A stretch of DNA of 64,000 bases from Hyaloraphidium curvatum SAG 235-1 (taxonomy: Eukaryota > Fungi > Monoblepharomycota), in NCBI GenBank assembly GCA_025558095.1, contig JAIVFI010000040.1, forward strand, positions 1-64,000. The letters are read 5' to 3'. Position 1 is the stretch's first letter, and each line of letters begins with the position of its first letter. Position numbers and translations under genes: made by a program. Shown here one piece after another: positions 10,585 through 21,817 of the stretch. Under the pieces are notes generated by a model, which worked only from the letters and a program-made list of their open reading frames with translations, made no database searches and was not told the origin of the DNA.

Positions 10585-11925
10585 TCACCCCGCCCTCGTG
10601 ACCTCCGGCCGTCTCCACCCCCCCGACCTCGCCTCCTCCCGCGGCAGGTACAGCCTCAACGCCACCCAGAACTTCCCCCCCGGCGCCGGCAGCCAGTTGC
10701 ACCTCCTGTCCTCCCCGGGGTCGGCGTGCTGCATCGCGATCGTGAGCCCGCCGTCGTCGTCCTTCTTCAGGTCGGGCAGCATGGGGGAGTTGATCAGGTA
10801 CCGTTCCAGGGGGTTGGCGTACAGCAGGCTCTCGGGGAGGGTGTACATTGTCAGGCTCCAGAAGGCGTCCACGGGCGGCAGCCCCCCCGGCGGGAACCTG
10901 ATGGCGTGCCGCCCCGCCGACCCGTCGAGCGGGTCCCCGGCGGCGTCGGAAAAGTACGTCAGGTACAGCGCCTCCTCGACCGAGTTGCCGTAGATCCCGA
11001 TGCACGCCCCCGCGAAGCGCTTCAGGTGGTCGTCGGCCAGGTGCTCCCGCGTGCCGAACAGCGCGGCGCTGGTGATCTCGCCCGTGTCGATCTTCCCGGC
11101 CTTGAATCGGTCGAAGTCGGCCCAGGCATCGGCCATGCCCTGCGAGACGGCGTCGCGGATCCCGGGGGCTAGCGCGGCGGCGCCGAACGGCTTGCCGGGG
11201 ACGATCCCGAGCCGTTCGAACCGCGCGCGGAGATCCACCTCCGAGGGATGCGCCGGCGCGTATCCCAGCACGAACGCCAGCTGCGTGAAGAACTCGGGCG
11301 AGCTCTTCTGCGCCTCGCGGTCCAGCGGCTCCGGGAACTCCAGGGCCGGCGGCGCCGCCGGCGCCTCCGTGCCCAGGAACGCCGACAGCGGCCGCACGCG
11401 GTACCCGGCCTGCACCGCCTTGACCGCGTCCATGTCGTCGGGCCCGAAGAGCTGCGTGCGGTACACCGCGAAGCAGAGCCCCGTCTCGCAGCGGATCACT
11501 TTCCCGACGCCTTCGGGGGTGTCCCCCTTCCACCCGGGACCGGCAACCATGTAGTTCCCCCCCTCGGACCCCGTGGCGCGGCTTCCGAGGTAGTCGAAGT
11601 TGTGCGTGTAGGCGTCGATCAGCTGCACGGAATAGTACCTCCCCGCCCCGACCCTGGGCACCGTCAGCACCACCGGCTCGGCGCGCAGGTCCAGCCCGGC
11701 GAACGAGTACGGCGTGTCCGCGTTGGGCGTCTGTACCGCGGTGTCGGCGGGGGTGTACACCCGCGCGGCGGAGGCGATGGAGTTGAAGGGGCACTTGTAC
11801 TCGGGGCCGTCCCGCGAGACGAAGTAGGCGTGCTGGATCCGCAGGCTGTCCACGAGGGGGAAGCCGTAGAGGTAGGCCTCGCGGGCGATGGCGCGGGCTT
11901 CGGCGGGCGTGAGCGGCGGGGGCAT
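10585..11925 (-). CDS. DUF1254/DUF1214 domain protein
   Basis: AREAYLYGFPLV, TPNADTPYS..LDLRAEPVVLTVP, RYYSVQLIDAYTHNF and PPVDAFWSLTMY; intronless; no signal peptide from ATG 11925. Confidence 0.93.
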   Translation of the reverse strand: MPPPLTPAEARAIAREAYLYGFPLVDSLRIQHAYFVSRDGPEYKCPFNSIASAARVYTPADTAVQTPNADTPYSFAGLDLRAEPVVLTVPRVGAGRYYSVQLIDAYTHNFDYLGSRATGSEGGNYMVAGPGWKGDTPEGVGKVIRCETGLCFAVYRTQLFGPDDMDAVKAVQAGYRVRPLSAFLGTEAPAAPPALEFPEPLDREAQKSSPEFFTQLAFVLGYAPAHPSEVDLRARFERLGIVPGKPFGAAALAPGIRDAVSQGMADAWADFDRFKAGKIDTGEITSAALFGTREHLADDHLKRFAGACIGIYGNSVEEALYLTYFSDAAGDPLDGSAGRHAIRFPPGGLPPVDAFWSLTMYTLPESLLYANPLERYLINSPMLPDLKKDDDGGLTIAMQHADPGEDRRCNWLPAPGGKFWVALRLYLPREEARSGGWRRPEVTRAG

Positions 11926-12324
11926 GGCGGTGGACTGGGGTGCGTTGCGGGGGCGGTCGTTCGGGGATCGCGGCGCGGCGGCAATGCCCTGCCCTGAAGA
12001 CCCTTTGGCTGCCAAGCACTCGCACGGGTCCATATCGGCGCAAGGGACGCTCGCTCTCGAACACCGAAGACATGTTTTTCAAACGAAGGTATCGCTGCAC
12101 AAGAGGGCGCCGGCGCGGATGGCGGCCGGCCGCCTGCCGATACCCCGCAACTCCTGCAGTGGGGCCCGCGAACCCCCCAAAACACATCACCAGACGCAAG
12201 ACCTGCCACCGCACCCATCCATGCACCACACGTCGCTTCCAACGCCGCCCCTCCGCGGCCCGGCGGCGGACGTTGAAAGCCAATCCTCCTCCCGTCCCTG
12301 ACCCCCTGCCCGCCCGGCGGTCCA

Positions 12325-12943
12325 TCACGCGGCGCCCAGCGCGATCCCCGCGCCCGCCCAATCGTCCTCGGTCCACGGCGAGGCGAGCAGGAAGCCGTCC
12401 CCCCGCATGCCGGGCGGGGTGATTGGCGAAGGCGGCGCGGGCGCGGGGTCCTGCATGGCCGCGGGGGCATGTTGGGCGAAGAAGGGGCCCAGGGGCGGCA
12501 GGGGGCTGATGTCCCGGTAGGCCGGACGGGGCCAGGGAGATGACGAGGGGGGCTGCGGCATGAAGAGGAAGGCGAGATGGCCCGGCTGGGGCGCGGCGGG
12601 GGGTGTGGCGGGGGGCGACGGCAGCGGCGCGGGCGGGGCCGTGCGCAGGGGAGAGAGGAACACCGGCGGCAGCGTGAAGCGCAGGGGGGCGGCGGACGGC
12701 GGCGGGGCGGCCAGCGGCAGCGTGACGCGTGTGGGGAACGAGGCGGGCGAGAGCGCCGGCGCGGGCGGGGCGCGGGGGCCGCGGCAGGCGGCGCACGGCC
12801 TCCGGGGAAGGCCGTCGAGGCGCCTGCGGGCGCACTGCCGGCTGCGGGGAGACGAATCAGCACTCGCGGTCTCCGGGCGACGCCGCCACGCACCAGCGCC
12901 GCGCGGGGCCGGGGCTGCCCGGGGACCGCGGGGCTGACTCCAT
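12325..12943 (-). CDS. Small Pro-rich protein with CxxC-x12-CxxC and FPxxVxLP motif (cluster gene 1)
   Basis: Removing intron 12842-12893 gives ..ARRCRQCARRRLDGLPRRPCAACRG..SFPTRVTLP..MRGDGFLLASPWTEDDW. Confidence 0.72.
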
Positions 12944-13857
12944 GTTGCTCCGTGCGCGGCCTGCGGGGCTGCAGCTGGCTGCGGCGAACGCGCGATTGCG
13001 GGACGGCGACGGGCGGCGAGATTCGGGTTGCCGAACCATACCGCCCGCCAGCCCGCCGCGTGCGGACCGGCCTGGACCGCGTACCCTTCCCCACTTGTCC
13101 CCTTCCCCCAGCGCCGAGCATCAAATGGCCGCCCAGCACTGGTAAGGAACGATGGCGGGCCGAATAGGTTCGGGTGGGCGCCGGGCGATGCGCGGTGTGC
13201 AATGGCCAAGGCCCGTCACCGGACACCGCCCTCGGCCCACTCGGCCCGCCCGTCCCGCGCCGGGGAGGAATCGGATCGCCGTCCGAAGGTTCACCGAAGC
13301 GCAGTCGCCGGGTCCGATTCTCGTGCGAATGGCGAACGCCGCGCCGGCGCCGGCCGGCGGGGCAGACCGGCTGGACCCGCGCCGTGCCCGACCCGCGGTC
13401 CGCGCGACCCGGTTCGCAAAGCTACAAGACGCCCATCGGGGTCGAAAGCCGCGCCGCGTACTATGCGGGATGGCGGACAAGGCAAAGGCGGCTTCTTGGG
13501 CTTCGTCAAGGGGAGATCGGTCCCTACCGGAGGCTGACGCCGGCCGATGCCAACACCGACCTCCGGGCCCCGCCCGCATCCTTCCCCGCGCGTTTGTCTC
13601 CATCAGGAATATCCTGTGCAGGTGCCTTGTCTCCCCCTTTTGTGGTCTTTATTGCGGACGGATGCGCGGGTCGCGCGGCGATGCGATTCCGCGGTGCCGC
13701 GCGCGGCTCAACTCCGGGTCCTGGAGGCGGGGACCGGCCGGCAAATAGCGTCGCCGGGAAGCCCACCGATAGGCTTCGTAGCTGTGCCCCGTGCGCTGCG
13801 GCAGCGCCTGAAAGCAGCTCGATTCTTCAGAAGGAGTCCGAGGAAAGGGGAGAGGAC

Positions 13858-14463
13858 ATGGCCTGCCTGTCGTGGTGCGCACCCCGCCCGCCCGCCCGCT
13901 CTTGGCCGGCCGGTGCTGACGTCCCACGCAGCCGCAAGCTCAAGCGCAAGTGCGCCGACCGCGGCGGCCCGTGCCTGCGGTGCCGGCGCAAGGGCCTCGA
14001 GTGCTCCGCCGGGCGCCGCCCACCCCCCGCGTCGTCGTCGGCGGAGGAGACGCGGCCCGACGGCGCGCAGCAGGCGACGCCGCTGCCGCCCGCGGACCTC
14101 GCCGGCGCGCTGCGGCTGCTCTTCGCGCACCCCGTGTTCCCCGTCGTTTTCCCGACCGTCGTCTCCCTCCCCTCCCCCGCGCCGGCCCCCTTCCCCGCCG
14201 CCGCACCGGCGGACCCGGCCCCGGCGCTCCGCTCGCCCTCCGCCGCCTCGGAAGAGACACTGTACGACGACCCGTGGGCGCCCTTCCTGAAGGCGGAGGA
14301 GGCGCTGCACCGCCGCGCAAAGGGCAAGGGGCCCGTGCCGGCGATGCGGAGGGGCGAGGACCCGTTCCTGTTCCCCGCGGCGGCGGATGGCCAGGAGGAG
14401 GAGGCGGGGTGGTGGGGAACGGTGCCGTGGGACGGCGTGGAGATGGGCGGCGCAAGGGGCTAG
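13858..14463 (+). CDS. Minimal Zn2Cys6 transcription factor (cluster gene 2)
   Basis: Removing intron 13875-13931 (branch GCTGAC) gives MACLSCRKLKRKCADRGGPCLRCRRKGLEC, then VFPTVVSLP and an acidic Trp-rich tail. Confidence 0.85.
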   Translation: MACLSWCAPRPPARSWPAGADVPRSRKLKRKCADRGGPCLRCRRKGLECSAGRRPPPASSSAEETRPDGAQQATPLPPADLAGALRLLFAHPVFPVVFPTVVSLPSPAPAPFPAAAPADPAPALRSPSAASEETLYDDPWAPFLKAEEALHRRAKGKGPVPAMRRGEDPFLFPAAADGQEEEAGWWGTVPWDGVEMGGARG

Positions 14464-15191
14464 GAGGGGGGGACAAGGCGGACGGTGGAAGTCAAGGAGC
14501 GCCCTGGTGCCGGCTCCGCGTGGCATGCGGGGCCGGGAGGGACGCAATCCGGGCCTTTGGACAGCTGGCACGCGCGACCGCTATTCCGGTCGGATGGCAT
14601 AGCTAGTGTATGCAGCGGCAGCGCGGCGACCGCGGCAACGAGAAGACATCGATTCCGCCCTCGATCCCACCGACCTTCTTCCCACCGTTCGCGGGCTCCG
14701 CAACGATATCGCCGCGGGGCTTGATCCCCAGTCGGCGAGACGGATCCGCGCCTTCCACGAACGCCATCCACGTAGCGTATACTCAACACATCCCAACTTC
14801 CGTCCAAACCGCTCCCCGCTTCTTGGCGGCCCATTCCCCATCCACACGCCGGTTTCCCCCGGCGCGCCCGGCGATCCCCCCGGGCGATGCAATTCTTCGG
14901 CCGCCGGACGGATAATCCGGTCGGTGGTCGCGGGAGGAGAAAGCCCCCGCCACCGCGACCAACGTGGGGACGCAGCGGGAGGTGCGATGGCGCCTTCGGA
15001 CGCTTTGGAAGGGGGACGAGGGGTAGGTGGGTGGGCGCCCCTGGTGCAGCAGGGGTTTTGGAGATGGGGAGCGACGACGCAGTGAGGACCGGGCTCGCGA
15101 CGGGCGCACCGTCGCACCACCGCACGATACCCGGCGGCACGTCTCGGCGCATCAGTCCCATCCGTCGGGACCCCGCGGCGGATTCGTCGCG

Positions 15192-15193
<2 letters not shown>

Positions 15194-15223
<30 letters not shown>
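15194..15223 (+). repeat. (GTCGGG)n microsatellite, G-quadruplex capable
   Basis: gtcggggtcggggtcggggtcggggtcggg in intergenic DNA. Confidence 0.8.
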
Positions 15224-16038
15224 ACAGTTGGCGAGTCACATGCACCGCCCCAAGTGCCCCGTAGCCGGCGATCGCCCGTTTTCCGCGGGTCCGGGAACCA
15301 GATGGGGCAGCGGACCGGGCGGCAAACTCCCTAACGGTCCGGGTGTTCAACTTGGGGGCCGTTCGGACCCCGGATGGCGGCGGGCAAGCCCGCTCGCCGC
15401 CCGTCGGCGAGGCGGGAAACGCGGACGGGGGTCGGACGGCGCCGTGGCGTGCGTGCCGCCCGGATCGGACGCGCGGGATAGATAGTGGGGGGTGCCGCAA
15501 TGCAGGTGGCACGGGCGGCGCGGGGCGGCGAGGGCCCGGAGTCGGCGCGATCGGACCAGGAGCTTGGGACAGGGGGGAGTGGATGGGTCGGGTGACCGCG
15601 CGACGACGCGCTGCGTCCCTTCCAGCCAGCGGATGTTTCGTGGGCCGATGGGGCGGGGCAATGTGCCGAAGTGGATCGGCCACAGCGGCCGCGGCCGTGC
15701 GCAAGGGCACTTGCGGTTCGGCGACGTTCGGGTCTGGAGCTCGGAGCACAGCATGGCCGCCTATTCCGAACGAGAGTCGACGGCGGGCCGGAAGCGCAGG
15801 GACGGCTGCCGGAGGGGCGCCGGGAGCAACGGCTGGGCGGGTGGCCACCATTTGAGGCGGTCCGGAGGGCGATGCATGGCTTGGCGACGGGCGGAATACG
15901 CCTCGGCCAGTTGGTGCAAAAAAAGTCTGGGACCCGAATGGCCGGCTTCTTCCCCAATCGACCATCATCCATCGCCAAACCTCCAGGAGCCTCCCCGGCA
16001 GGAAGAACGCGTCCGCCGCGCCGCGCCAGCGAACGAAA

Positions 16039-16855
16039 ATGGCACCCTGGTAAGCACCGTCAGCGGCGGGCGGACGGGCAGCGCTGACGCGCCCGCACAA
16101 ACAGCGCCGGCTGCCGCCTCATGATCCGGCTCGGCCCCACGCGCGAGAAGTGCGGCCGCTGCAAGGCCAAGGCACGGCTGCGGCAGGAACAGCGCGCGCA
16201 GGCACGCGCGGCGAGGCCCGCCCCGCCCGCGCCGGCCGTGCCCCGTATCTCCTTCCCCACCGTCGTCGCGCTGCCCTCCCGACCCCCGGCCGCCCCCCTC
16301 CCCGCGTCGGCCGCCCCTCCGCCGCCACCGCGCGGCACCGTCGCCCCCCGGAGTACCCGCGGCGAGGCCTATCCGACGCCCCGCACGCCCCCTTCGCCGG
16401 GGTCGCCGCCCCTCCCGCTCGACGAGCTGTTCCCCCGAACAGCGGCCCACCTGCCCGACGCCAGGCCGGCGAAACGGCCCCGAGGCGCCGCCATGGCGCT
16501 CCATGCACCGCTGGAATGGACCTTCCTCGCGTGGAACCCTCCACACGGCCCTTCGGCGGACCCGCTGCCATCACCTCCCGCCGAGGATCCCCCCTCCCTC
16601 CCCCTCCCTCCCGTGGCCCTGTTCCCCCCCGCACCCGAGGACCTCCCCCCCGCCCTCTCCCTCCCGTTCGCAGCACCCGCGCTGCCCGCCCTGCCGGAGG
16701 ACGCGCTCCGCGCCGCCGACGCGTACCTCCTCTCGTTCCTCGCGGCCCGCACGGAACAGGCCGCCGCGTGGGACGGGGTGATGCGCGGGGACGGGTACCT
16801 CTTCGCGGGAACGGGCGCCGGGGAGGAGGAGTGGGTCGCGACGGGGGCAGCGTGA
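16039..16855 (+). CDS. Small Pro-rich protein with CxxC-x12-CxxC and FPxxVxLP motif (cluster gene 3)
   Basis: Removing intron 16050-16104 (gtaagc..acag) gives MAPCAGCRLMIRLGPTREKCGRCK..ISFPTVVALP..MRGDGYLF..EEEWVATGAA. Confidence 0.78.
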
Positions 16856-18392
16856 CCGGCCCCCCCACCCCCGGAGGCGGTACGGGTCCGGCAGGTTGGA
16901 CGACGGCGCGAGCGCTGCGCGGGCGCGGCGCGGGGAACAGGGCGACGCATGGCGCAGGATGGGCGGCGGGAACGCCGTGTTGTTCCCATGGGGAAGGTGT
17001 ATACCGCGGAGCGCGAGAACGGGGACATGCCACGTCAGGCCGGAATCCGCCGTCCTCCCCCCGCTCCGCGCTCTTATCTGCTTTTCCCTTCATTCGATCC
17101 CGTCCGCCCCGTTTCAGGCGTCCCTCCCGTTCGGCTCGGGCCCGCCGCGGACCTCCAATCCTTCGCGGGACGTCAAACCGCCCGCTGACCCTCCCGCGCA
17201 TGTCCGCCCCCCGATCACCGTCCCGATGCACTCCTCCCCAACCAATCGCCCGTTCGGGCACCCGGGATACGGTCCGGCCGGGCCTCCCCGGACCGGCACG
17301 CGGGGCGGCCGCCCGCCACCGCACCGCGCCGTCCCCTTTTCCCCGCCCCATCCTCCGGCGGGCCACCATCCCGGCAATTTCACGGGGATTCCCAAACCCA
17401 GCAAACAAGGACGACGGCGTCGGAGGGGCCAAACGCGCGTGGATCGGGCGTCGGACGGCTTCCGTCGGAGCGGGCGCGGGCGGACGCCGACGGCGGCGGA
17501 TCCGATCGGAACCGGATGCACCCGTCGCGTTTGTATACCGAATGCGAATGCGGAGCCGTATGGACGGGACAAAGTGATGCGCGCGGCGCCGGGGAGGTGG
17601 GGCGGCCGCGGTACGGCCGTGCGCCGCGCGCGTCCCCGCCATCCTGCCGGGCCGCGGCCGCACCGGAGCCCCGCTCGATGCCATCCGATGGCATCCGAAG
17701 CCCGGAAGCCGGGCGGCCGGGGTCGCTTGCCGCCGCGGAGGGTTGGGGACCGGCGCGTGGGACGGGAGGGGTCGCCAGACGTCGGGAAGGGGCGGGGCAT
17801 GCAAACCCGTCGTGTTCATCACGTTCCGGATAGCGGCACCTCCGTTTCGCGCCTTTGCTGGGAAGCAATGTCCGGTCGGGACGGCGGAGGCGGGGGACGG
17901 CGGTCGGCGAGGCGGGCAGAACGATGGCCGCGTTAGGGTCCCCGGGCAGAGGGCGGCTGGTGGTGCGCGGTGGCCGTCGCACGCGAACCAAGGGGAGCGC
18001 AAGGATTTGCCGGGTCCGCGTGGGACGGGGGAGTGCGAGCCGGCGGACGTTTCGTGATGGTGGTTTTGCCCCGGGTGGACGGAATCGGAGGCGGTTGATC
18101 CATTTCCAGTTGTTTTTTCATCGGCGGCCGAAGCTGTGCTCATCCGTTTCGGGCACTTTGCCGACCGCCGGCCACCGGCCGTGCTGACGGTCCGATCCGT
18201 TCTGCACCTTTGCCCACCCGCCGACCTCCTGCGAGCCCGTGCTACCACCCGGGGCGGAGAACAAGTGCGTGGTCCGCCGGGGTCCGTGCGCAACGCCAGC
18301 CAACGAGGGACGCACATCTGGACTCCGCGGCCGCCTTCCGTCCGCCTCCCTCCGACACGCGACAGGCCCGCCCCCGCCCGCCCGCCCCCGCG

Positions 18393-19010
18393 ATGAAGCA
18401 GCGCGCTTTGCCCCGCGCGCGCCGGCACGCCGCGGCGCCCGCCCCGCCGCCCGCCATCGCCTTCCCGCGCGTCGTCGTCATCCCCGGCCTGGCCGCCCTC
18501 GTCCCCGGCCCGGCCCCGAACCGGGCGGCCCCGCAGACCGTAGGGGAGCCCGCGCCCGCCTCCGTGGCGCAGCACACCGCCCCGCTGCTCTCCCCCGCCT
18601 CCGACTCCCCCCCGCCCGCCCTCCCCTCCCCCACAACACACCCCGGCCCCGCCGACGCCGACCGCATCGCAGACATGTACGCCTCGTTCCTGCGCGCGCA
18701 GCACGCCCCCCTCTCCGCGCCCCCGGCCGGCATCTGGGCCCTCGAGGGGGCGCACCGCCGCGCGGCCTCGGCAGCGGACGACGGGCTCTCCCTCTCCTCC
18801 TTCGACACCGCGAGCCACTCCTCCGCGGACCCCTTCCTCGCGTGGCCGTCGCCCGATCCGGATGTCCCCGGCTCCCCGAACGCGGGGCCGGACGGCGTCC
18901 CCGGCGCGCGGGACGGCGGCGCGGCGGACGGGCTGGACGCGTTCCTCGCCGACTTTTCCCTCGGCCATGCGCTCGCGCGGGGTTGGTCGGGCGCGCTGGA
19001 GGGCCTGTGA
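18393..19010 (+). CDS. Small Pro-rich protein with FPxxVxIP motif, no Cys finger (cluster gene 4)
   Basis: Basic N-terminus MKQRALPRARR, IAFPRVVVIP, acidic-aromatic tail (DPFLAW..LDAFLADF); gene-like codon use. Confidence 0.65.
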   Translation: MKQRALPRARRHAAAPAPPPAIAFPRVVVIPGLAALVPGPAPNRAAPQTVGEPAPASVAQHTAPLLSPASDSPPPALPSPTTHPGPADADRIADMYASFLRAQHAPLSAPPAGIWALEGAHRRAASAADDGLSLSSFDTASHSSADPFLAWPSPDPDVPGSPNAGPDGVPGARDGGAADGLDAFLADFSLGHALARGWSGALEGL

Positions 19011-19791
19011 GTCACGGCGGACTGCGGGGATCGGACGACCCGGTGGGGGGGGCGGTCTTTGGATGCCGTCCCGCGGGAGGGGAGGCGGGAAAACGTGGGC
19101 ATGGAAAGTGGTGGGATACCTATGTCATTTGTAACATTGGAGATGGACGATTGGTGCCGATCGAGCCCGTGGCTCGACCTCTGCCCGCGGCCGGATCGTC
19201 CCGTTTCCTGGCTCCCGCGCCCGCCCCGAACCGGCCGGGACCTTCGGATCGGACATCCATCGAGCTGCTCCGACGGTCGGGAGCGCCGGCGCGCGCATCG
19301 GCCGCCCGGTGCGAAACCGGATCTCGAGGGCGGTGCCCGGCGGGGAGGCGGACGCGGGGTAGGGGGTGGCGGACCCCCCGGATCGCGCATGGCCCGCCAC
19401 CGGCACGCTCGCGGGATTGCATTCGCTGTCCATTGATCCGCAATCCACCGTAACCGAGGCGGGGGGCTGCAGATGCCGGCGCGGGTGGGTGTCCCCGGCC
19501 GCCGCCAGATTTGCCGCCCCCCGCATCGGCCACTGGCTGGACCGCATACCGCAGGCCACGCCGCCCCCGCGCCTCGACGTTCCGACGCCGGCCACCGACC
19601 GCGGTGCCCATCCGACCCGAGCGCGCACGGCGAACCCGCTCCGAGCCGCGATTCGCCGCGGCCGCCCGTCTCCCGGAGACGCGGGGTGCGGTCCGGAACG
19701 CCGACGTAGGTCGTTCCGATCCCGATCCCAGCCGCGCGCAGATCGAACGCCCCACTGCCCTGTGCCTTGCGCCCCCCGCACGCACCGGACG

Positions 19792-20454
19792 ATGCCCAAG
19801 TCGCCCGCCCGCCGCGCGCCCCGCGGGTCGCGCGCCGGCCACGCCGTGCGCCGCCGGGCCGCGACCCCGCCACACGGCGCCGCGCGCAGCATCGCGGGGA
19901 TCACCTTCCCCCTGCGCGTCTCCCTCCCGCTGCCCCCCTCGTTCCCCTCCTCTTCCTCCCACCCTCCTCACCTCACCTCGCCTCCGCACTCGCCCGGCGC
20001 GACCGACCCCCTCCCGGACCCCATCGTGCCCCCCGGGGACCCATCGGCGCTCGCCACGGCCCTCGACTCGCGCTTCGCCCTCTCCCTGCTCGCCTCCTCC
20101 TCCTCCCTCGACGCATCGGTGCTGGGCTTCGTCCCGGACCCCGTCGTCCCCGCGCCCTCCTTCGTCTGCCTGTCCCCCACCCCCTCCTCCTCCTCCTCCT
20201 CCGACCAACCCCCGGCGGAAGTCCGCCGCACGGGGTCGGATTCCACCCTCCGCTCGCCCAGCCCGCGCTCCGGGTCCCCGGGGGGCGGCGACCCGTTCGG
20301 GTTCGGGTTCGGGTTCGGGTGGCAGGGCGGGGAGGGCGACGACGGGGTGGATTGGGACGCGCTGCTGGCGTGCGACTGGACGCTCGCCCCCGCGGGGCAG
20401 GACAGCGGGGGCGCGGAGCTGTTCGACGTCGGGAGCTGGGTGGGTGCGCGGTGA
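19792..20454 (+). CDS. Small Pro/Ser-rich protein with FPxxVxLP motif, no Cys finger (cluster gene 5)
   Basis: Basic N-terminus, ITFPLRVSLP, tail DDGVDWDALLACDW..ELFDVGSW. Confidence 0.65.
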   Translation: MPKSPARRAPRGSRAGHAVRRRAATPPHGAARSIAGITFPLRVSLPLPPSFPSSSSHPPHLTSPPHSPGATDPLPDPIVPPGDPSALATALDSRFALSLLASSSSLDASVLGFVPDPVVPAPSFVCLSPTPSSSSSSDQPPAEVRRTGSDSTLRSPSPRSGSPGGGDPFGFGFGFGWQGGEGDDGVDWDALLACDWTLAPAGQDSGGAELFDVGSWVGAR

Positions 20455-21165
20455 TGTGGGGGGCTTGATGTCGGGCGGGAAGGGACGGGGATCAGGGTGT
20501 GATCGGGATCTGGGGGGCCCAGGAGGGGGCGTGGGTGCGGAGAGGGCGGGTGTGAAGATCTGTGTCCGCTCGTCAACCTGTTCTACCCGTTCCGTGGCCA
20601 AGTGTGTGGCCTGTTCGGTGCGGTCTCCCACGGCGTCCTCCAGGCTTCCGGTTTCCGCGCCTTCCACCGCCCTCTGCCCCCCGAAGCCGAGCCCGGTATC
20701 GGGGCACAAAGTAGGCGCGGACACGCATTTATATCCCGTAACATCGCGGACGGGGGCGGACCCTCCCCCGGACCCCGGGGTGTGGCGAAGCAGGGGCGGT
20801 CGCGGTGCCCGTTACATCGTCGTGGGGCGGCGACCCGTCCCTCCAGCGCGACCAAGGCCGCGCAGCGTAACGTAAAGCGGAACCTGGGCTCGCTCATGGA
20901 GAACGGCGATCGCATCGCGTCTTCTGTCCCCACGGGCATCACGTGCCCTCCCCCCCGCCCCGCGGGCCCTGCTCCCCCCGCCGTCCTCCTCATCGATCGA
21001 CCCTGTTTTTCCCGTGGATTGGCGGGGGATCGATCGACGGGGGGCGGGGGCCTCGGCCGGCCGTGTGCGGAGCATCTGCGATCCCGACCCCAGGAAACGG
21101 CCCGCAATCTCCCACCTCTTCCCAACTCCGAACCCCGCGACCTCCTCCTTCCCGCCCGGGACAAA

Positions 21166-21817
21166 ATGGCCTGCGTGAGTCCTCCCCCTCCCCATCGGGA
21201 CGGCGCGGCGCAAGCTGACCCGCGGACCGCAGTCGGCCTGCCGCAGGAACAAGCGCCGGTGCGACGGCGACGGCCTCTCGGCGTGCGCGCGGTGCCGCAT
21301 GCGCGGGATACCGTGCGACGTGACGGCGCCCCCCGAACCGAGGCGGGACAGGACGAGGGAGAGGGAGAGGGAGCGGGAGAGGAGGAGGAGGATGGAGGGC
21401 GGGGAGGGGGCCAGCCCCGCGTCGTCGGCCTCGTCCGGGGCTTCCCAGGTCTCCCTATCCCGCCCACCGGCCTCGTACCCTTTCGCGCCCCGCCCCGCGG
21501 CTCCCCCCGCCGCCGCGTCCCGGGAACCGCTCCCCCTCGCGGGGCTCCCGCCGGGCGCGCGGATCGTGTGCTGCGACCTCGGCGCGGGGCCGGTGTGGGT
21601 GGTGCTGGCGCCCGGGACAGCGACGGTGGCGCATGCCGATCCGGGGGCGCGGGAGGAACGGTGGGCGGAGGAGGAAGCGGATGAGGAGGAGGAGGAGTTC
21701 GAGGAACGGGAGGGGGAGGGGGACGAGCAGCCGGGGCTGGCGAGGGACGCGGACCCGTACGTCGGGTGGGCGCTCGCGGATGCGGAGGAATGGGACGCGG
21801 CGGCGGAATGGGGGTGA
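21166..21817 (+). CDS. Minimal Zn2Cys6 transcription factor (cluster gene 6)
   Basis: Removing intron 21175-21232 (gtgagt..gctgac..cag) gives MACSACRRNKRRCDGDGLSACARCRMRGIPC; Glu/Trp-rich tail. Confidence 0.85.

Noticed and set aside
16119-18968. 949-aa minus-strand ORF, and similar long ORFs (10451-12835, 44605-47187, 9089-10993)
   Set aside because: Arg/Pro/Gly/Ala-rich shadow frames expected at this GC content; they overlap better-supported genes and have no motifs
20296-20319. (TTCGGG)4 as a telomere-like tract
   Set aside because: Only four units, and it lies in a CDS encoding FGFGFGFG
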